This document shows positions 1 through 11,725 of a DNA stretch of 64,000 bases, in pieces; positions within the stretch are counted from its first letter, which is position 1; each line of letters starts with the position of its first letter. The stretch is from NCBI GenBank assembly GCA_963707985.1, contig CAVPRW010000031.1, forward strand, positions 288,001-352,000, read 5' to 3'. The position numbers were made by a program, and so were the translations under genes. A model generated the notes under the pieces. The model did no database searches, was not told the origin of the DNA, and saw only the letters and a program-made list of their open reading frames with translations. The stretch comes from an uncultured Nitrospinota bacterium. Lineage in GTDB: Bacteria > Tectomicrobia > Entotheonellia > J063 > CAVPRW01.

Positions 1-1
1 A

Positions 2-802
2 CCGCTGGAAACACACACCAGCTACTATCAGCGGTTGATCGCCAAGGATGACGATGAGGCGGCGGAGCTGGTGGATGAGTATCTGCAGACGCATACGCTG
101 GACGAGGTCTACGACGACCTGCTCCTGCCAGCGCTGACCTCTGCCAAACAGGACCGTGGGCAAGACGCCCTCACGGATGAAGACGTCCAATTCGTGGTCC
201 AGGCGACGCGTGCGATCGTGGAGGACCTGGGGGTGCGCCAGTCCCAAACGGCGACGCTCCCGGCAGACGCCCCAGAGCTCTTGGCGGGAGAAGTCCGTGT
301 GGCGCCACTGCCGCCCGTCCGCATTTTCGGTTGTCCGGCGCACGACGCGGTGGACGAATTGGCCCTGCAGATGTTCCGGCAATTGCTCGATCCCACACAG
401 ATCGTGCTGGAGATCGTGTCGCCTGAGGTGCTGACCGCCGAGGTGCTCTCCCTGATTGAGCAGCAACGCGTGGGGCTCGTCTGTATTGCGGCACTCCCGC
501 CCGGAGCCTTGGCCCCGACCCGCTACCTCTGCAAGCGCCTGCGGGTTCGGTTCCCCGAGCTCAAGATCGTGGTCGGACGCTGGGGGTTCACCGGCAATGT
601 CCAAGAGGACCGATCGCGCCTGCTCTCGGCCGGTGCTGATGAGGTGGCGATGACCCTGCGCGAGACACGCAACCACGTGATGCATCTGATCCCGCTGCTC
701 TCCACCCTCGAACCACAGGCCTTGCCGAATGGAGCCCATGGGCTCCGCCTCCTGGCGGAGAGCCCCGTGCTCCCGTCATCGCCAGGCGGGATTAGCGCGT
801 GA
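2..802 (+). CDS. C-terminal part of AI-2E family transporter with B12-binding/flavodoxin-like domain (5' truncated by window)
   Basis: Frame open from window start: YYQRLIAKDDDEA...YDDLLLPAL...RYLCKRLRVRFPELKIVVGRW, typical of the long AI-2E C-terminus. Confidence 0.65.
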   Translation, partial: PLETHTSYYQRLIAKDDDEAAELVDEYLQTHTLDEVYDDLLLPALTSAKQDRGQDALTDEDVQFVVQATRAIVEDLGVRQSQTATLPADAPELLAGEVRVAPLPPVRIFGCPAHDAVDELALQMFRQLLDPTQIVLEIVSPEVLTAEVLSLIEQQRVGLVCIAALPPGALAPTRYLCKRLRVRFPELKIVVGRWGFTGNVQEDRSRLLSAGADEVAMTLRETRNHVMHLIPLLSTLEPQALPNGAHGLRLLAESPVLPSSPGGISA

Positions 803-892
803 TGAGGCGGGCTGTGGCGCACACAGCTCCACGGCGGCTGGCCACAGGTGGTGGGAGATGGATCCGAACGCTCTTCCGACGGAGGTGAAGCA

Positions 893-3104
893 ATGCGCAT
901 TTGGCCAGGAAGTCCCTATCCGCCCGGCGCCACGTGGGATGGGCGAGGTGTGAACTTTGCGCTGTTCTCCGAGCATGCCACCAAGGTTGAGCTCTGTCTG
1001 TTCGAGACGGTGGATGCGCAGTCCGAGGTGTGCCGCATTGCGCTCCCCGAACATACTGACCAAGCCTGGCATGGCTACCTACCAGAGGTCCTACCGGGGC
1101 AGCTCTATGGGTATCGTGTGCATGGCCCCTATGAGCCGCAACAGGGCCTCCGCTTCAACCCTCACAAAGTGCTGCTGGACCCGTATGCCAAGTCCATCGG
1201 CCGCGACGTGCGGTGGGCCGACGAGCTCTTTGGCTATCGTATAGGCGATCCGGACGCGGACCTGTCCTTCGACGAGCGGGACAGCGCGGCCTATGCCCCC
1301 CTGGCCGTGGTCATCGATCCGGCCTTTACCTGGAGCGATGACCGCCCGCCACGGACCCCATGGCACAAGACCATCATCTATGAGCTGCATGTGAAAGGCT
1401 TCACACAGCTGCATCCGGAGGTGCCTGAACGGCTGCGCGGCACGTACCTCGGGCTGGCGACAGCGGCCGCTGTCAGGCACCTGACCAGCCTGGGGATCAC
1501 AGCCGTCGAGCTCATGCCCGTGCACCACTTCCTCAATGACCGCTATCTCGTCGACCGCGGGCTCAACAATTACTGGGGCTACAGCACACTCGCCTTCTTC
1601 GCCCCCGCCAGCCGGTATACTGCGACGCGTGTGCCGCAAGACGCCGTCCAGCAGTTCAAGATGATGGTTTCCGCTCTGCATGCCGCGGACATCGAAGTGA
1701 TCCTGGACGTGGTCTATAACCACACCGCCGAAGGCAGCCAGCTCGGTCCCACGTTGTCGATGCGCGGGGTGGATAACGCCGCCTACTACCGACTCTCCCC
1801 GGAAGACCCGCGCTACTACATGGATTTTACGGGCTGTGGCAACTCCCCCAACATGCAACATCCCCGCGTGCTCCAGCTCATCATGGACAGCCTGCGGTAC
1901 TGGGTCACGGAGATGCATGTCGACGGCTTTCGGTTTGATCTGGCCAGCACCCTGGCCCGTGAGCTTTTTGAGGTCGACCGCCTGGGAGCCTTCTTCGACA
2001 TCATTCATCAGGACCCGGTCTTGTCCCAGGTCAAGCTTATCGCCGAGCCTTGGGACGTCGGTACCGGCGGCTACCAGGTGGGCAATTTCCCGATCTTGTG
2101 GAGTGAGTGGAACGGCAAGTACCGCGACACCGTGCGGCAGCTTCTGGAAGGGCGACGGGGGCACATTATCAGAGTTTGCCACCCGACTGAGCGGCAGCAG
2201 CGATCTGTATCAGCATGATGGGCGCAAGCCCTCGGCCAGCATCAATTTTATCACCTGCCACGACGGCTTTACGCTCCACGACCTGGTCAGTTACAATGAC
2301 AAGCATAACGACGCGAATGGCGACGAGAACCAGGACGGCACCAATGACAACCACAGTTGGAACTGTGGGGTCGAGGGCCCAACCGACGATCCCGCCATCA
2401 ACGCCCTACGCTGGCAACAACAGCGCAATTTTCTCACGACGCTGGTGTTGTCGCAAGGCGTCCCCATGCTCCTGGCCGGCGACGAGCTCGGCCAGACGCA
2501 GCAGGGGAACAACAACACGTATTGCCAGGATAATGAGCTCACCTGGCTCAATTGGCAGTTGACCGACGAGCAGCGAGCCTGGTGTGACTTCGTGCGCGCT
2601 GCCATTGAGGTCCGGCGCACCCAGCCGGTCTTTCGACGCCGTAAGTTCTTTCATGACCGTGCGATTCATGGCGAGGGGATTCAGGACATCTCGTGGTTCG
2701 ATGCTTCTGGCCAGGAGATGACCGAGAAGGACTGGCATAATGGCTATGTCCGCTGCCTTGGGGTGCGCCTGGCCGGAGATCTCATTGGAGGCACTGATGA
2801 GCGGGGCGACCTGGTGGTGGGCGACACCCTGCTACTGCTGATGAACGCCCATCACGAAGCCATTCCCTTTATGCTCCCGCCCCTCAAGAAGGGGCAGCGG
2901 TGGGAGCGAGTGCTCGATACCGCCTCGGCACCACTGCCGTTCGAGGGCGAGCCACGGTATGCTTTGCAAGGCCGCACGATGGCAGTGCTGCACGCGAGGC
3001 TGCAACACAAGCAGGCGTGGCAAGCTCTTGGGACTGCACCCCTCCACTCCGTAGGAGAACCTCATGCTGATGGAAAAGACAAAGAACCTCAAGCAACTCT
3101 GTGA
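893..3104 (+). CDS. glgX: Glycogen debranching enzyme GlgX, one frameshift near 2135-2142
   Basis: [38 protein letters not shown] in one frame. [31 protein letters not shown] in the other. RBS GGAGG at 881. Confidence 0.93.
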
Positions 3105-5061
3105 CGATCCCCAAGTCCGACAACCCCGCCGACTCCCTGTAGGGGCAGAGGTGGTCCCGGGGAAGGGTGTCCATTTTCGGGTATGGGCCTCACAGCGCTG
3201 CCATGTGGAAGTGGTACTCGAAGGTGGACCCGGGCAGAGGCCTGGCGCGGAGCCACGGGTCGTTGCATTAATGCCCGAGGCGTCCGGCTATTTCTCAGGG
3301 CTGGTGGCTGGCGCGGACGCCGGTACACTGTATCGCTACCGGCTCGATGGCGAGGCCACGTTATATCCGGACCCGGCGTCGCGTTTTCAGCCCCGTGGGC
3401 CGCATGGCCCTTCACAGGTCATCGATCCAGACAGCTTTGACTGGCATGACAGTCTATGGCCCGGCGTGCCCCTGATCGGGCAGGTCATCTATGAGATGCA
3501 CCTCGGAACCTTCACATCCGAGGGGACGTGGGAGGCTGCCAGCCGCGAACTGCCGGAATTGGCCAAGGTCGGGATCACCGTGATCGAGATCATGCCCATC
3601 GCCGATTTCCCAGGTCGCTTCGGCTGGGGCTATGATGGCGTTAACCTGTTTGCCCCCACGCGTCTCTATGGCACGCCTGACGATTGTCGACGCTTCGTCG
3701 ATCGCGCCCACGCGCTGGGGCTCGGGGTGATCCTGGACGTGGTCTATAATCACTTTGGGCCGGACGGAAATTATCTCATGCGGTTTTCGCCAGAGTATTT
3801 TTCCGCCCGCTATACCACCGACTGGGGAGAGGCCATCAACTTCGACGACGAGCACGCTGGCCCTGTGCGCGAGTTCTTTCTCGCCAATGCCGGATACTGG
3901 ATCGATGAATTTCACTTCGATGGCCTGCGCCTCGACGCCACCCAGAACATTTACGACAGTTCATCGGACCATATTCTGGCGGCGGTCGCCCGCGTCGTGC
4001 GCCAGGCGGCCCACGGGCGCGCCACCCTCCTGGTGGCGGAAAACGAGCGGCAGCAGACCCACATGGTACGCCCGCCAGCACAGGGTGGCTATGGCCTCGA
4101 TGCCCTTTGGAACGATGACTTCCACCACAGCGCCATGGTAGCGCTGACCGGGCGCAACGAGGCCTATTACACCGATCATCATGGCACGCCCCAGGAGTTT
4201 ATCTCGGCGCTCAAGTGGGGCTACCTCTACCAAGGACAGTGGTATACCTGGCAGCAACAGCGTCGCGGCACGCCAGCCTTTGGCCTCCAGCCGGCCACGT
4301 TCGTGACCTTCATCCAAAATCACGACCAGATCGCCAATTCCGGCCGCGGCCTGCGCTGCCACCGGCTGACCAGTCCCGGCCGGTCTAAAGCCTTGACCGC
4401 AGTGATGCTCCTGGGGCCTGGGACCCCTATGCTCTTTCAGGGACAGGAGTTCGCCGCCTCGAGTCCTTTTTTTTACTTTGCTGATTTCGATGGAGAGCTT
4501 GCCCAACTGGTGCGTCAGGGGCGCGCAGAGTCTCTCCGCCAGTTTCCCAGCATCGCCCAACCGGAGATGCAGGCGCAATTACCTGATCCCTCAGACCCCG
4601 AGACCTTCGCCCGTTCGAAGCTCGATCTCTCCGAACGCCAGCGCCACGCCGAGATCTATACGCTCCACTGCGATCTGTTGCGATTACGGCGTGAGGATCC
4701 TGTATTTCGTGCCCAGCGCCTGGGCGGGATGGAGGGGGCTGTCCTGGGGTCGGAAGCCTTCGTGCTGCGCTTTTTCGGCGAGAATAGCGATGATCGCCTG
4801 CTGGTGGTCAATCTTGGGCGTGACCTACCGATGTGTCCGGCACCGGAACCGCTATTGGCCCCGCCGCAGGACCGGGAATGGACAATCTTGTGGTCCAGTG
4901 AAGACCCACGCTACGGTGGCAGTGGCACGGCACCTCTGGAGGGCGTGACGAATTGGCATATGCCGGGCCATGCGGCCGTGGTGCTGCGGCCAAAACCTGC
5001 CCCGTCTGATCTCACGCGCGCAGGCCCGACAACGCGTGCCCGCAGTGCACATCCTGCCTGA
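3064..5061 (+). CDS. treZ: Malto-oligosyltrehalose trehalohydrolase
   Basis: YPDPASRFQP, WGYDGV, DVVYNHFGPDGN, DGLRLDA, WNDDFHH, QNHDQ, PMLFQGQE. Confidence 0.92.
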   Translation: MLMEKTKNLKQLCDDPQVRQPRRLPVGAEVVPGKGVHFRVWASQRCHVEVVLEGGPGQRPGAEPRVVALMPEASGYFSGLVAGADAGTLYRYRLDGEATLYPDPASRFQPRGPHGPSQVIDPDSFDWHDSLWPGVPLIGQVIYEMHLGTFTSEGTWEAASRELPELAKVGITVIEIMPIADFPGRFGWGYDGVNLFAPTRLYGTPDDCRRFVDRAHALGLGVILDVVYNHFGPDGNYLMRFSPEYFSARYTTDWGEAINFDDEHAGPVREFFLANAGYWIDEFHFDGLRLDATQNIYDSSSDHILAAVARVVRQAAHGRATLLVAENERQQTHMVRPPAQGGYGLDALWNDDFHHSAMVALTGRNEAYYTDHHGTPQEFISALKWGYLYQGQWYTWQQQRRGTPAFGLQPATFVTFIQNHDQIANSGRGLRCHRLTSPGRSKALTAVMLLGPGTPMLFQGQEFAASSPFFYFADFDGELAQLVRQGRAESLRQFPSIAQPEMQAQLPDPSDPETFARSKLDLSERQRHAEIYTLHCDLLRLRREDPVFRAQRLGGMEGAVLGSEAFVLRFFGENSDDRLLVVNLGRDLPMCPAPEPLLAPPQDREWTILWSSEDPRYGGSGTAPLEGVTNWHMPGHAAVVLRPKPAPSDLTRAGPTTRARSAHPA

Positions 5062-5200
5062 AGGGAATGAGAAGGGAAGCGCTCGTGCCGCCCCCAAGTA
5101 TCTCGGGCGTATCCAGTCTTCCTGGACCGCCACATAATTCCGACCGTGTCGTGGTCGCCAAACTCTTGGTGATCCAGCCTGCATTCGTGTAGAAGTAGAA

Positions 5201-5800
5201 TTAGAGGTTTTTTGTTCTGATAATGTTTAGCAATTCATCAAATGATAAGGATTTCAAGATCCAATGAAACTGTGTTCTGTAGCTTCTTATCACACTGAAA
5301 CTATCGTTTTCCAACAGTACATCGTACACTTTCCAGGCTGATCCAAATGGGTGCATTTGGAACTTTACCTTAAATGCTTCACCAGACAGGTCTATGCTTG
5401 TCATGACCCTTGCAGTTGATCCTTGTATCTCTTCATCTATACATGTCACTTTCATCGCTCTTAATTTATCCATTTTATTCAAAAATGTTCTTTTAGTAAA
5501 TTCGGTAAATATGACTACAAATTCATCTTGCTTCTCAATGTTCTGTTCCCAGTGTGCTCCAAGGATACGCTTGGACATTTCCCTAAAATCAAATTGGTCA
5601 ACAATGATGTCTCGCACCTGCTCTGTTTTGATATCCTCCCCAAGACCTGGATCGCGCGATACGGCCTGAAGACGGTCAAGCGTCTCCGCTAATGCCTGTA
5701 TTGGCGTCTCAGCGAAGAGGTCATACTTCACTACCCCCCAAAGGAAGCAACACGCAACCATCGTGCAATGTAGAATTGTCTTGCATTTCCTTGGTTCCAT
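5201..5800 (-). CDS. MlaC/Ttg2D family periplasmic phospholipid-binding protein
   Basis: FDFREMSKRILGAHW and WKVYDV...YRTQF motifs, N-terminal signal-like segment, visibly AT-richer than flanks. Confidence 0.8.
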   Translation of the reverse strand: MEPRKCKTILHCTMVACCFLWGVVKYDLFAETPIQALAETLDRLQAVSRDPGLGEDIKTEQVRDIIVDQFDFREMSKRILGAHWEQNIEKQDEFVVIFTEFTKRTFLNKMDKLRAMKVTCIDEEIQGSTARVMTSIDLSGEAFKVKFQMHPFGSAWKVYDVLLENDSFSVIRSYRTQFHWILKSLSFDELLNIIRTKNL

Positions 5801-6071
5801 GGCTCATCCTCCGTAATTGCGATTCTTCCCTATGAACGGGTCGCAATGCATGGCTCGGGTCACTCACCTCCCTCCTAATGGACAGCTAGAGGGTGGGCCT
5901 TCCCAGAAACGGGAGAGCTCATGCGCCCCTAGGTCCTATTCGATTGCTTGATTTGCAATAATCTAATAATTGTTCACCTATTCCTCGAGCCAGGCAGCGG
6001 GATGCCTAAACTGCTCGAAGATGGCGAGTGGTGGGAAGCAATGACGGCGCTGCCTCCCTGGCCCTGCATTC

Positions 6072-6830
6072 TCAGATGGCGCCTCCGTTTACCCCTGCAC
6101 GGGACATTGGGGCTGGCTGCTGCCTTGGGCTCTCGATTGGCTGACCGCCCCGCTGGCTCCGAGCCCTCTCAATGTGTGGGGCCAGGGTCGGCACAGCCTG
6201 CTTGACCATCTCGCGTAGTGTGCTGAGTAAAGCCCCCACGGCTGCGACTTTGAGTATGGCCATTTCGTCCTTCAATTGCTCCAGTAAGCCGATTCCCATA
6301 CCCTCCTGCAGCTGTGGATGAACGGACAACTCACCATCGGAGGGAGGGAGGCAGTCTTGCTCGGCATGAGAGGCGGACATATCAGTAGTTGTACCTGCCG
6401 CAGCGGAAGATGAGTCAGCGATGGAGCATGCAGGAGACGTGCTCCCACCACCCCAGCTGCCGAGCAGATAGCCCGCCAACGTGGCACCGCCAACCATCAG
6501 CCACGGGTGTTGATCCACCTGATACGGCACATCAAAGGTGCGCTTGACCGTTTCGACGGTCTCCCCGACGGTTCCCTTGACCGTCTCCACAATCTCCTCC
6601 ACCGTGGATTGTGCGCCTTCAACGCCATGCCTCACCGCTTCGACGGTCGTGTCTACCATGTCCTTGACATTCTCCACGATATCCTCCACGGATGATTGTG
6701 CGCCTTCGACGGTCTCCCGGACGCGCGCTTCCAGGATGTCGAGCTTCTCTGTTATGGCCGCACGTGTGTACTCGATACCTTGACAGGTAGCGTCGATGTC
6801 CTGTGGCCTGTCGTCTGCTCTGTCAGCCAT
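6072..6830 (-). CDS. DUF3618/DUF883-like stress protein with apolipoprotein-like repeats
   Basis: IEYTRAAITEKLDILE, repeated ETVEGAQSxVE units, HPWLMVGGATLAGYLLG anchor. Confidence 0.75.
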   Translation of the reverse strand: MADRADDRPQDIDATCQGIEYTRAAITEKLDILEARVRETVEGAQSSVEDIVENVKDMVDTTVEAVRHGVEGAQSTVEEIVETVKGTVGETVETVKRTFDVPYQVDQHPWLMVGGATLAGYLLGSWGGGSTSPACSIADSSSAAAGTTTDMSASHAEQDCLPPSDGELSVHPQLQEGMGIGLLEQLKDEMAILKVAAVGALLSTLREMVKQAVPTLAPHIERARSQRGGQPIESPRQQPAPMSRAGVNGGAI

Positions 6831-7213
6831 TGCACATTCTCCTTTATTGTCTCAAGCGTCCGCTGAGGCACCACGTCGAGAGCCTCTGCTTGGCGTTTGC
6901 CTATGGCGAGCAGCACCCCAGCCAGGACGACCAAGACGCCCCCCACGATGCCGTAGCACCCCCAGAGCGGAATCGCCGTGTAGGCCACCAGCACCTGGAC
7001 CAACATGAGCATCAGCAACATCCCACCGATGGCGACGACTCCTATCCCGAGGCCCAGTGTGATTGCGGCGGTCTTGGCGTGACGCAGAGTGTCTTGCACC
7101 TCGAGCTTCGTTAGCGCCAATTCCTGTACCAGTAAATCTTTGACATCGTTCACGATGCCGCCCACCAGCGCCGCTACGCTCGGCTCTGACGCGTGTTGCG
7201 ACCCGTTGTCCAT
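6752..7213 (-). CDS. Phage holin-like / YhjD (DUF1469) membrane protein
   Basis: EPSVAALVGGIVNDVKDLLVQELALTKLE, two TM segments, PQRTLETIKEN. Confidence 0.8.
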   Translation of the reverse strand: MDNGSQHASEPSVAALVGGIVNDVKDLLVQELALTKLEVQDTLRHAKTAAITLGLGIGVVAIGGMLLMLMLVQVLVAYTAIPLWGCYGIVGGVLVVLAGVLLAIGKRQAEALDVVPQRTLETIKENVQWLTEQTTGHRTSTLPVKVSSTHVRP

Positions 7214-7216
7214 GGG

Positions 7217-7783
7217 TTATTCCTTCGTAATGCGCGCCAGTACATAGCCAAGGCCAACCCCAACTAATAACGATTGCACGGGGTAGCGGCGAATCACGGC
7301 GGTGAGGTCTGTGGCAATATTTTCATAGCCCTTCTCTTGCAGGTAAGAGCTCGCCGATTCCAAGCCACCGGCTACAGCGGTCGCAGCGCTGGCTATCGTG
7401 CCTTCATGCGGAACATTGTCCCAAATCGCGCTCGCCATGGATCCCGCCGTCTCACCGACCGCTGTTGCAGCCCCCCCTGCCATGCTTGCGGCCGTCATCC
7501 CAAGCTCTTGTACCTTGGCCGTCATCTGAGCAACAGTGCCATTTGCTTCCGGCATCCCACTGCTGCTGGGACCGCTCATTTTGGCGGCGTATTCATTGAA
7601 GCGCCCTTCAACTTCTTGGTGAGCCTGATCACGAGCATAACCGTATTTCTCTTGTACCAAGTCGATCAGTTGGTCCATCTGTCCCCCGATCTTGTCGAAG
7701 TCGGCATCGGAGAGTTTGCCCCACCACGATTTTAGTGCGCCCCGCATGTGCTTCCACTGGTCTGCGAAGATGGTTTGGTTCAT
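7217..7783 (-). CDS. CsbD (YjbJ-like) protein fused to a DUF883-like C-terminus
   Basis: QWKHMRGALKSWWGKLSD...QEKYGYARDQA at N-terminus, RRYPVQSLLVGVGLGYVLA at C-terminus. Confidence 0.85.
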   Translation of the reverse strand: MNQTIFADQWKHMRGALKSWWGKLSDADFDKIGGQMDQLIDLVQEKYGYARDQAHQEVEGRFNEYAAKMSGPSSSGMPEANGTVAQMTAKVQELGMTAASMAGGAATAVGETAGSMASAIWDNVPHEGTIASAATAVAGGLESASSYLQEKGYENIATDLTAVIRRYPVQSLLVGVGLGYVLARITKE

Positions 7784-7962
7784 TGGTTAGTCCTCCATGG
7801 TGTCTTTCATCTGTGTCATTAATAGTTCTCGTCAGCGCCGCACCCCTGCTCAGCAGCGTGACACGCCGCACCAACCTCTCTCGTCCTCTCCTGGGTTCCT
7901 CCTTGCGGTCGACGGATGCGTCGTCCTCACCATTCGTTCTCTCTTTCCAATCATGTATGACT

Positions 7963-8034
7963 AATGTACTGCCCACGCCCGGGGCCGTCTGTGAGATTCC
8001 TGCGCAAAATGTTGGAATCTTGCTATAATCGGGC
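7963..8034. promoter_or_regulatory. Conserved 72-bp upstream element, copy 1 (AGATTCC-N13-GGAATCT)
   Basis: 62/72 identical to 13419-13490, 180 bp upstream of the csbD-like operon. Confidence 0.7.
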
Positions 8035-8666
8035 AGGGAGAGACTAGACAGCCGTAGGGGTAGGCTCGCTACCGGGCCACGAGGGACGGGACCTCCTGAT
8101 CAACAACTCGGAGGGGAGCGCGTCGGTAGTATCCTCAGTTCGAAATTGTCAACAGGTTAATACGCCCCGTTTCGCTCAAACACAACAAGTCAAGTAGGGA
8201 ATTTGTGTGCTGACATGTTGACATGTTGTACTGGGCGACGTGTAGGCTACTCCCACATCTGAGCCGATCCATAAGTGGCTAAGAATGCTGGTCAAGGATT
8301 TTGGTTGTGGGAGTCACAAGAGTTGCCCTAGACGTTCAAGAGAGTTGAAGGGCTCTCCGCATAGCCTTGTCTGCCCCGCACGTGCCTCCGCTGCATTCTC
8401 AGGAATCGCATTACGCTGCCTCAGGGCTCAACTTCTTGGCACGGCCAGGACCGCTCTCAGAGTGCGGCGGGTTCCTGTGCCCCAAAGCTTCGGATAATTC
8501 CCGTGACTTTGCCCGAATAGCATGCGTATACTCGGCGCGCTCCGGCGATATGCTGTGAGGAGGGCACGGCCCATGATCCCTTCAATATTCATCAAGAATC
8601 GGAAGTCAGATATATCAGACGAGAGAGGCATGAACTATCCACGGGGTTGAGGAGGAGGATGCAGCG

Positions 8667-8831
8667 ATGGAATTACTACTTATTGTTGTGGTCATCATCC
8701 TATTGTTTGGGGGCATCGGCACATGGCCGAGCTTTGGGTATCATCAGTACGGCTACGGACCCAGTGGCCTCCTCTTCGTCATCGTGATCGTTGTCCTCAT
8801 CGTCTTTCTGCTCCGCCGGCGCCGACTCTAA
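8667..8831 (+). CDS. DUF3309-like small membrane protein (54 aa, not in ORF track)
   Basis: RBS GGAGGAGG; MELLLIVVVIILLFGGIGTWPSFGYHQYGYGPSGLLFVIVIVVLIVFLLRRRRL. Confidence 0.75.
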   Translation: MELLLIVVVIILLFGGIGTWPSFGYHQYGYGPSGLLFVIVIVVLIVFLLRRRRL

Positions 8832-9135
8832 GGGGGGAGCAGCAACGGACCCAGTCTGCCGCGGCATGGGAGTGGTAGTGGTCCTCGCGGTCATGGGGTT
8901 GGTAGCGCTATTTCGGCGCTGGGGCCGACAACCGCCAGAGGGGTGAATGCGGGGGCGTCTGGATCCTCAGTCTAGACTCTTGTGTCTCAATGGACGGGTT
9001 CTTCATCACATCTTACAGGTTGCTCCTTAGGCTCGGGGCGTAACTGTTGGAGGCCCCACGCTTAGGGCAACCCGCTGATGTTTGGGGCAACAGCCCATTT
9101 TACGGCAAAGCAGCCCTCAGGATAGGAGCGTAGCA

Positions 9136-9516
9136 ATGCTGGTGCAACATCTCCTGCAAGCCATTGCAGAGCGTCTCCATAGGAGCTCATCGATTCACAC
9201 GATCTATGGCGCCCCGATCGAGACGCAGGGGAAGACCCTGATCCCCGTGGCGAAGGTCTCCTACGGCTTCGGCGGGGGGGCGGTGGGCACGAACGACCTC
9301 GACTCTGCGGACAAGCAGCCGCCAGGGCATACCGTCGAAGGAGGTGGCGGAGGAGGCGGTGTTCGCATGATCCCGCTCGGCATGGTGGAAGTAACCCCGC
9401 AGCAGACCCGATTTCTCCCGTTTGGCGGTGGCAAGCGAATGCTTGGAGCCTTAGCGGTAGGCCTTGTCGTAGGACTCTTGCTGGGAAGAAGGTATTATCG
9501 AAAGGCCCTCAGTTGA
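9136..9516 (+). CDS. GerW/YtfJ family protein
   Basis: IYGAPIETQGKTLIPVAKVSYGFGGG...GGGGGGG...PLGMVEV. Confidence 0.85.
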   Translation: MLVQHLLQAIAERLHRSSSIHTIYGAPIETQGKTLIPVAKVSYGFGGGAVGTNDLDSADKQPPGHTVEGGGGGGGVRMIPLGMVEVTPQQTRFLPFGGGKRMLGALAVGLVVGLLLGRRYYRKALS

Positions 9517-9768
9517 GCATCGAATGCCTCCATGATGTGAACATTAAGTCTAAATGAGGACACTGTCAGCGCGCCCACGAGCTTGACAATTCAGCGCGTG
9601 AGGTGAGCACACGACAGTCCGGAAGAACCGCCCCGATCATGCTTTCCCGGTTCGACTGTTCAGACCAGGGCCGGCTCATCCCCCAGCAACACCGCGAGCC
9701 CTTCCCACTGCGGCAGGTGCTTCACCAGTTTTAGGCTCCCTGCTGCTGATTACGTTACTCGTGTGCCA

Positions 9769-11235
9769 TCAAGCGACCGCTTTCGGCTTGTTGATTGGGA
9801 GGCCGAGTGCCTTAGCGACTCCTTGACCATAAGCCGGGTCGGCCTTCGTGAAGTGTTTCAGTTGTCGTTCGATGATGAACTGTGGCACTCCCTGCATCGC
9901 CGCCGCGATGTTGCGGAACAACCGCTGCTTTTCATCTGTAGGTAGCAACCGGTAAAGATTGCCAGCCTGCGTGTAATCATCGTTGCCGAGGCGGTGATCG
10001 TACCGATCTGCTTCGCCGGAGATGCGCAGGGGCGGTTCTTTGAAACGTTCATCCTCCACGGGGCCACTGAAGCTATTCGGTTCGTAGTTGACAGACCCGC
10101 CGCCATTGCCGTCAAAGCGCATCGCGCCATCGCGGTGGTACGTGTGCGCCTCCGTCGCATGTGGACGATTGACCGGAAGGCTTTCAGCATTGACGCCGAG
10201 CCGATAACGATGCGCGTCGGGGTAAGACAGGATGCGCGCTTGCAGCATCTTATCAGGGCTGAAAGAAATGCCCGGCACAATGTTGGCGGGCGCAAAAGCG
10301 GCTTGCTCAATTTCGGCGTGATAGTTTTCCGGGTTGCGGTTGAGTTCGAGGACGCCCACCTCCATCAACGGATAGTCCTGGTGCGGCCAGACCTTTGTTA
10401 AATCGAAAGGATTGTATGGTGTATGGTCCGCCTCGGCCTCCGGCATGATTTGGACGTAGAGCTGCCACTGCGGATAATCGCCTCGTTCGATAGCAGAGAA
10501 CAAGTCGCGCTGCGCGCTTTCGCGGTCAGCACCGATGAGCTTCGCGGCTTCTTCGTTGGTCAGGTTCTCAATGCCCTGCATGGTCTTGAAATGAAACTTG
10601 ACCCAGAACCGTTCGTTCGCCGCATTGATGAAACTGAACGTGTGACTGCCAAAGCCATGCAGATGGCGATAGCCTCTGGGCAGCCCGCGATCACTGAAGA
10701 GGATCGTCACCTGATGGAGACTTTCCGGCGAAAGCGACCAGAAATCCCACATCGCGGTAGGACTGCGGAGGTTGGTTTGGGGATCGCGTTTCTGTGTGTG
10801 GATGAAGTCACTGAACTTGAGCGGATCACGGATGAAGAAGACCGGCGTATTGTTGCCCACCAGGTCCCAATTGCCTTCTTCGGTGTAGAACTTGACTGCA
10901 AAGCCACGTACATCGCGTTCGGCATCGGCCGCGCCGCGTTCACCGGCGACGATCGAGAAGCGCATAAGCACCTCAGTTTGCTTGTCTATTTGCGAGAAGA
11001 GCTTGGCCTTCGTGTAGCAGGTGATATTGTGCGTCACGGTGAAGACGCCATGAGCTCCCGATCCTTTGGCGTGAACCACTCGTTCCGGCACGCGCTCACG
11101 GTTGAAGTGCGCCATCTTCTCGACCAGATGGAAATCCTGCACCAGGAGTGGGCCACGTGGACCAGCCGTCAGCGAATTCTGGTTATCACCTATCGGGCTG
11201 CCCGACTCAGTGGTGAGACTCTGTTTGTCTGACAC
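9769..11235 (-). CDS. katA: Monofunctional small-subunit heme catalase
   Basis: [48 protein letters not shown]. Confidence 0.96.
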   Translation of the reverse strand: MSDKQSLTTESGSPIGDNQNSLTAGPRGPLLVQDFHLVEKMAHFNRERVPERVVHAKGSGAHGVFTVTHNITCYTKAKLFSQIDKQTEVLMRFSIVAGERGAADAERDVRGFAVKFYTEEGNWDLVGNNTPVFFIRDPLKFSDFIHTQKRDPQTNLRSPTAMWDFWSLSPESLHQVTILFSDRGLPRGYRHLHGFGSHTFSFINAANERFWVKFHFKTMQGIENLTNEEAAKLIGADRESAQRDLFSAIERGDYPQWQLYVQIMPEAEADHTPYNPFDLTKVWPHQDYPLMEVGVLELNRNPENYHAEIEQAAFAPANIVPGISFSPDKMLQARILSYPDAHRYRLGVNAESLPVNRPHATEAHTYHRDGAMRFDGNGGGSVNYEPNSFSGPVEDERFKEPPLRISGEADRYDHRLGNDDYTQAGNLYRLLPTDEKQRLFRNIAAAMQGVPQFIIERQLKHFTKADPAYGQGVAKALGLPINKPKAVA

Positions 11236-11399
11236 AGTTTTGCCCTTTCTTTACGGTGCATTGTTCACCTGAGATCTGACATACAGCGGAGTGCTGAGCC
11301 CTGCTGCTACTTTCAGAGACCGCTCTGCTTTTTCAAACTTCCAGATGGTCAGCCTTCACCCTAGACGAGGGAGGCGGCCATCTCTTGCCATTCTTCTGC

Positions 11400-11725
11400 C
11401 GGTTCTTGAGGCGCTCGATTTGTCGATGTTGGCTCTCAATCTCGCGTGCCTGTGTGGTGAGCTACCGCTCCTGTCCTTCCGACCCACGGTCCTACTTCTG
11501 TAACTGGTCGCCGACCAACAAGCCACCGCCTGCGCCCAGTGCGCCGCCGATTACGGCGCCTGTTCCTCCACCGAGCAGCGCACCGGTACCGACACCAACG
11601 CCTCCACCAATGAGCATCCCCTTTTCGCGTGTGGTCAAGGGCGTGGAGCAACCCACCAAGGTTACCAGCAAAGCACCGCCCGCGACTCCTATGATCCCTT
11701 GACGAAACCGCCGATATTTGGTCAT
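11400..11725 (-). pseudogene. Glycine-zipper lipoprotein with coiled-coil tail interrupted by two in-frame TAG (3' end approximate)
   Basis: Lipobox LVGC, TTREKG..GGGVGVGTGA zipper. TAG at 11492-11494 and 11462-11464, then LTTQAREIESQHRQIERLK in frame. Confidence 0.65.

Noticed and set aside
2130..2145. Programmed frameshift in glgX
   Set aside because: No slippery sequence; a single-base indel or sequencing error is simpler
6752..7213. Prophage holin
   Set aside because: This family routinely occurs with DUF3618/DUF883 stress genes; no phage genes adjacent
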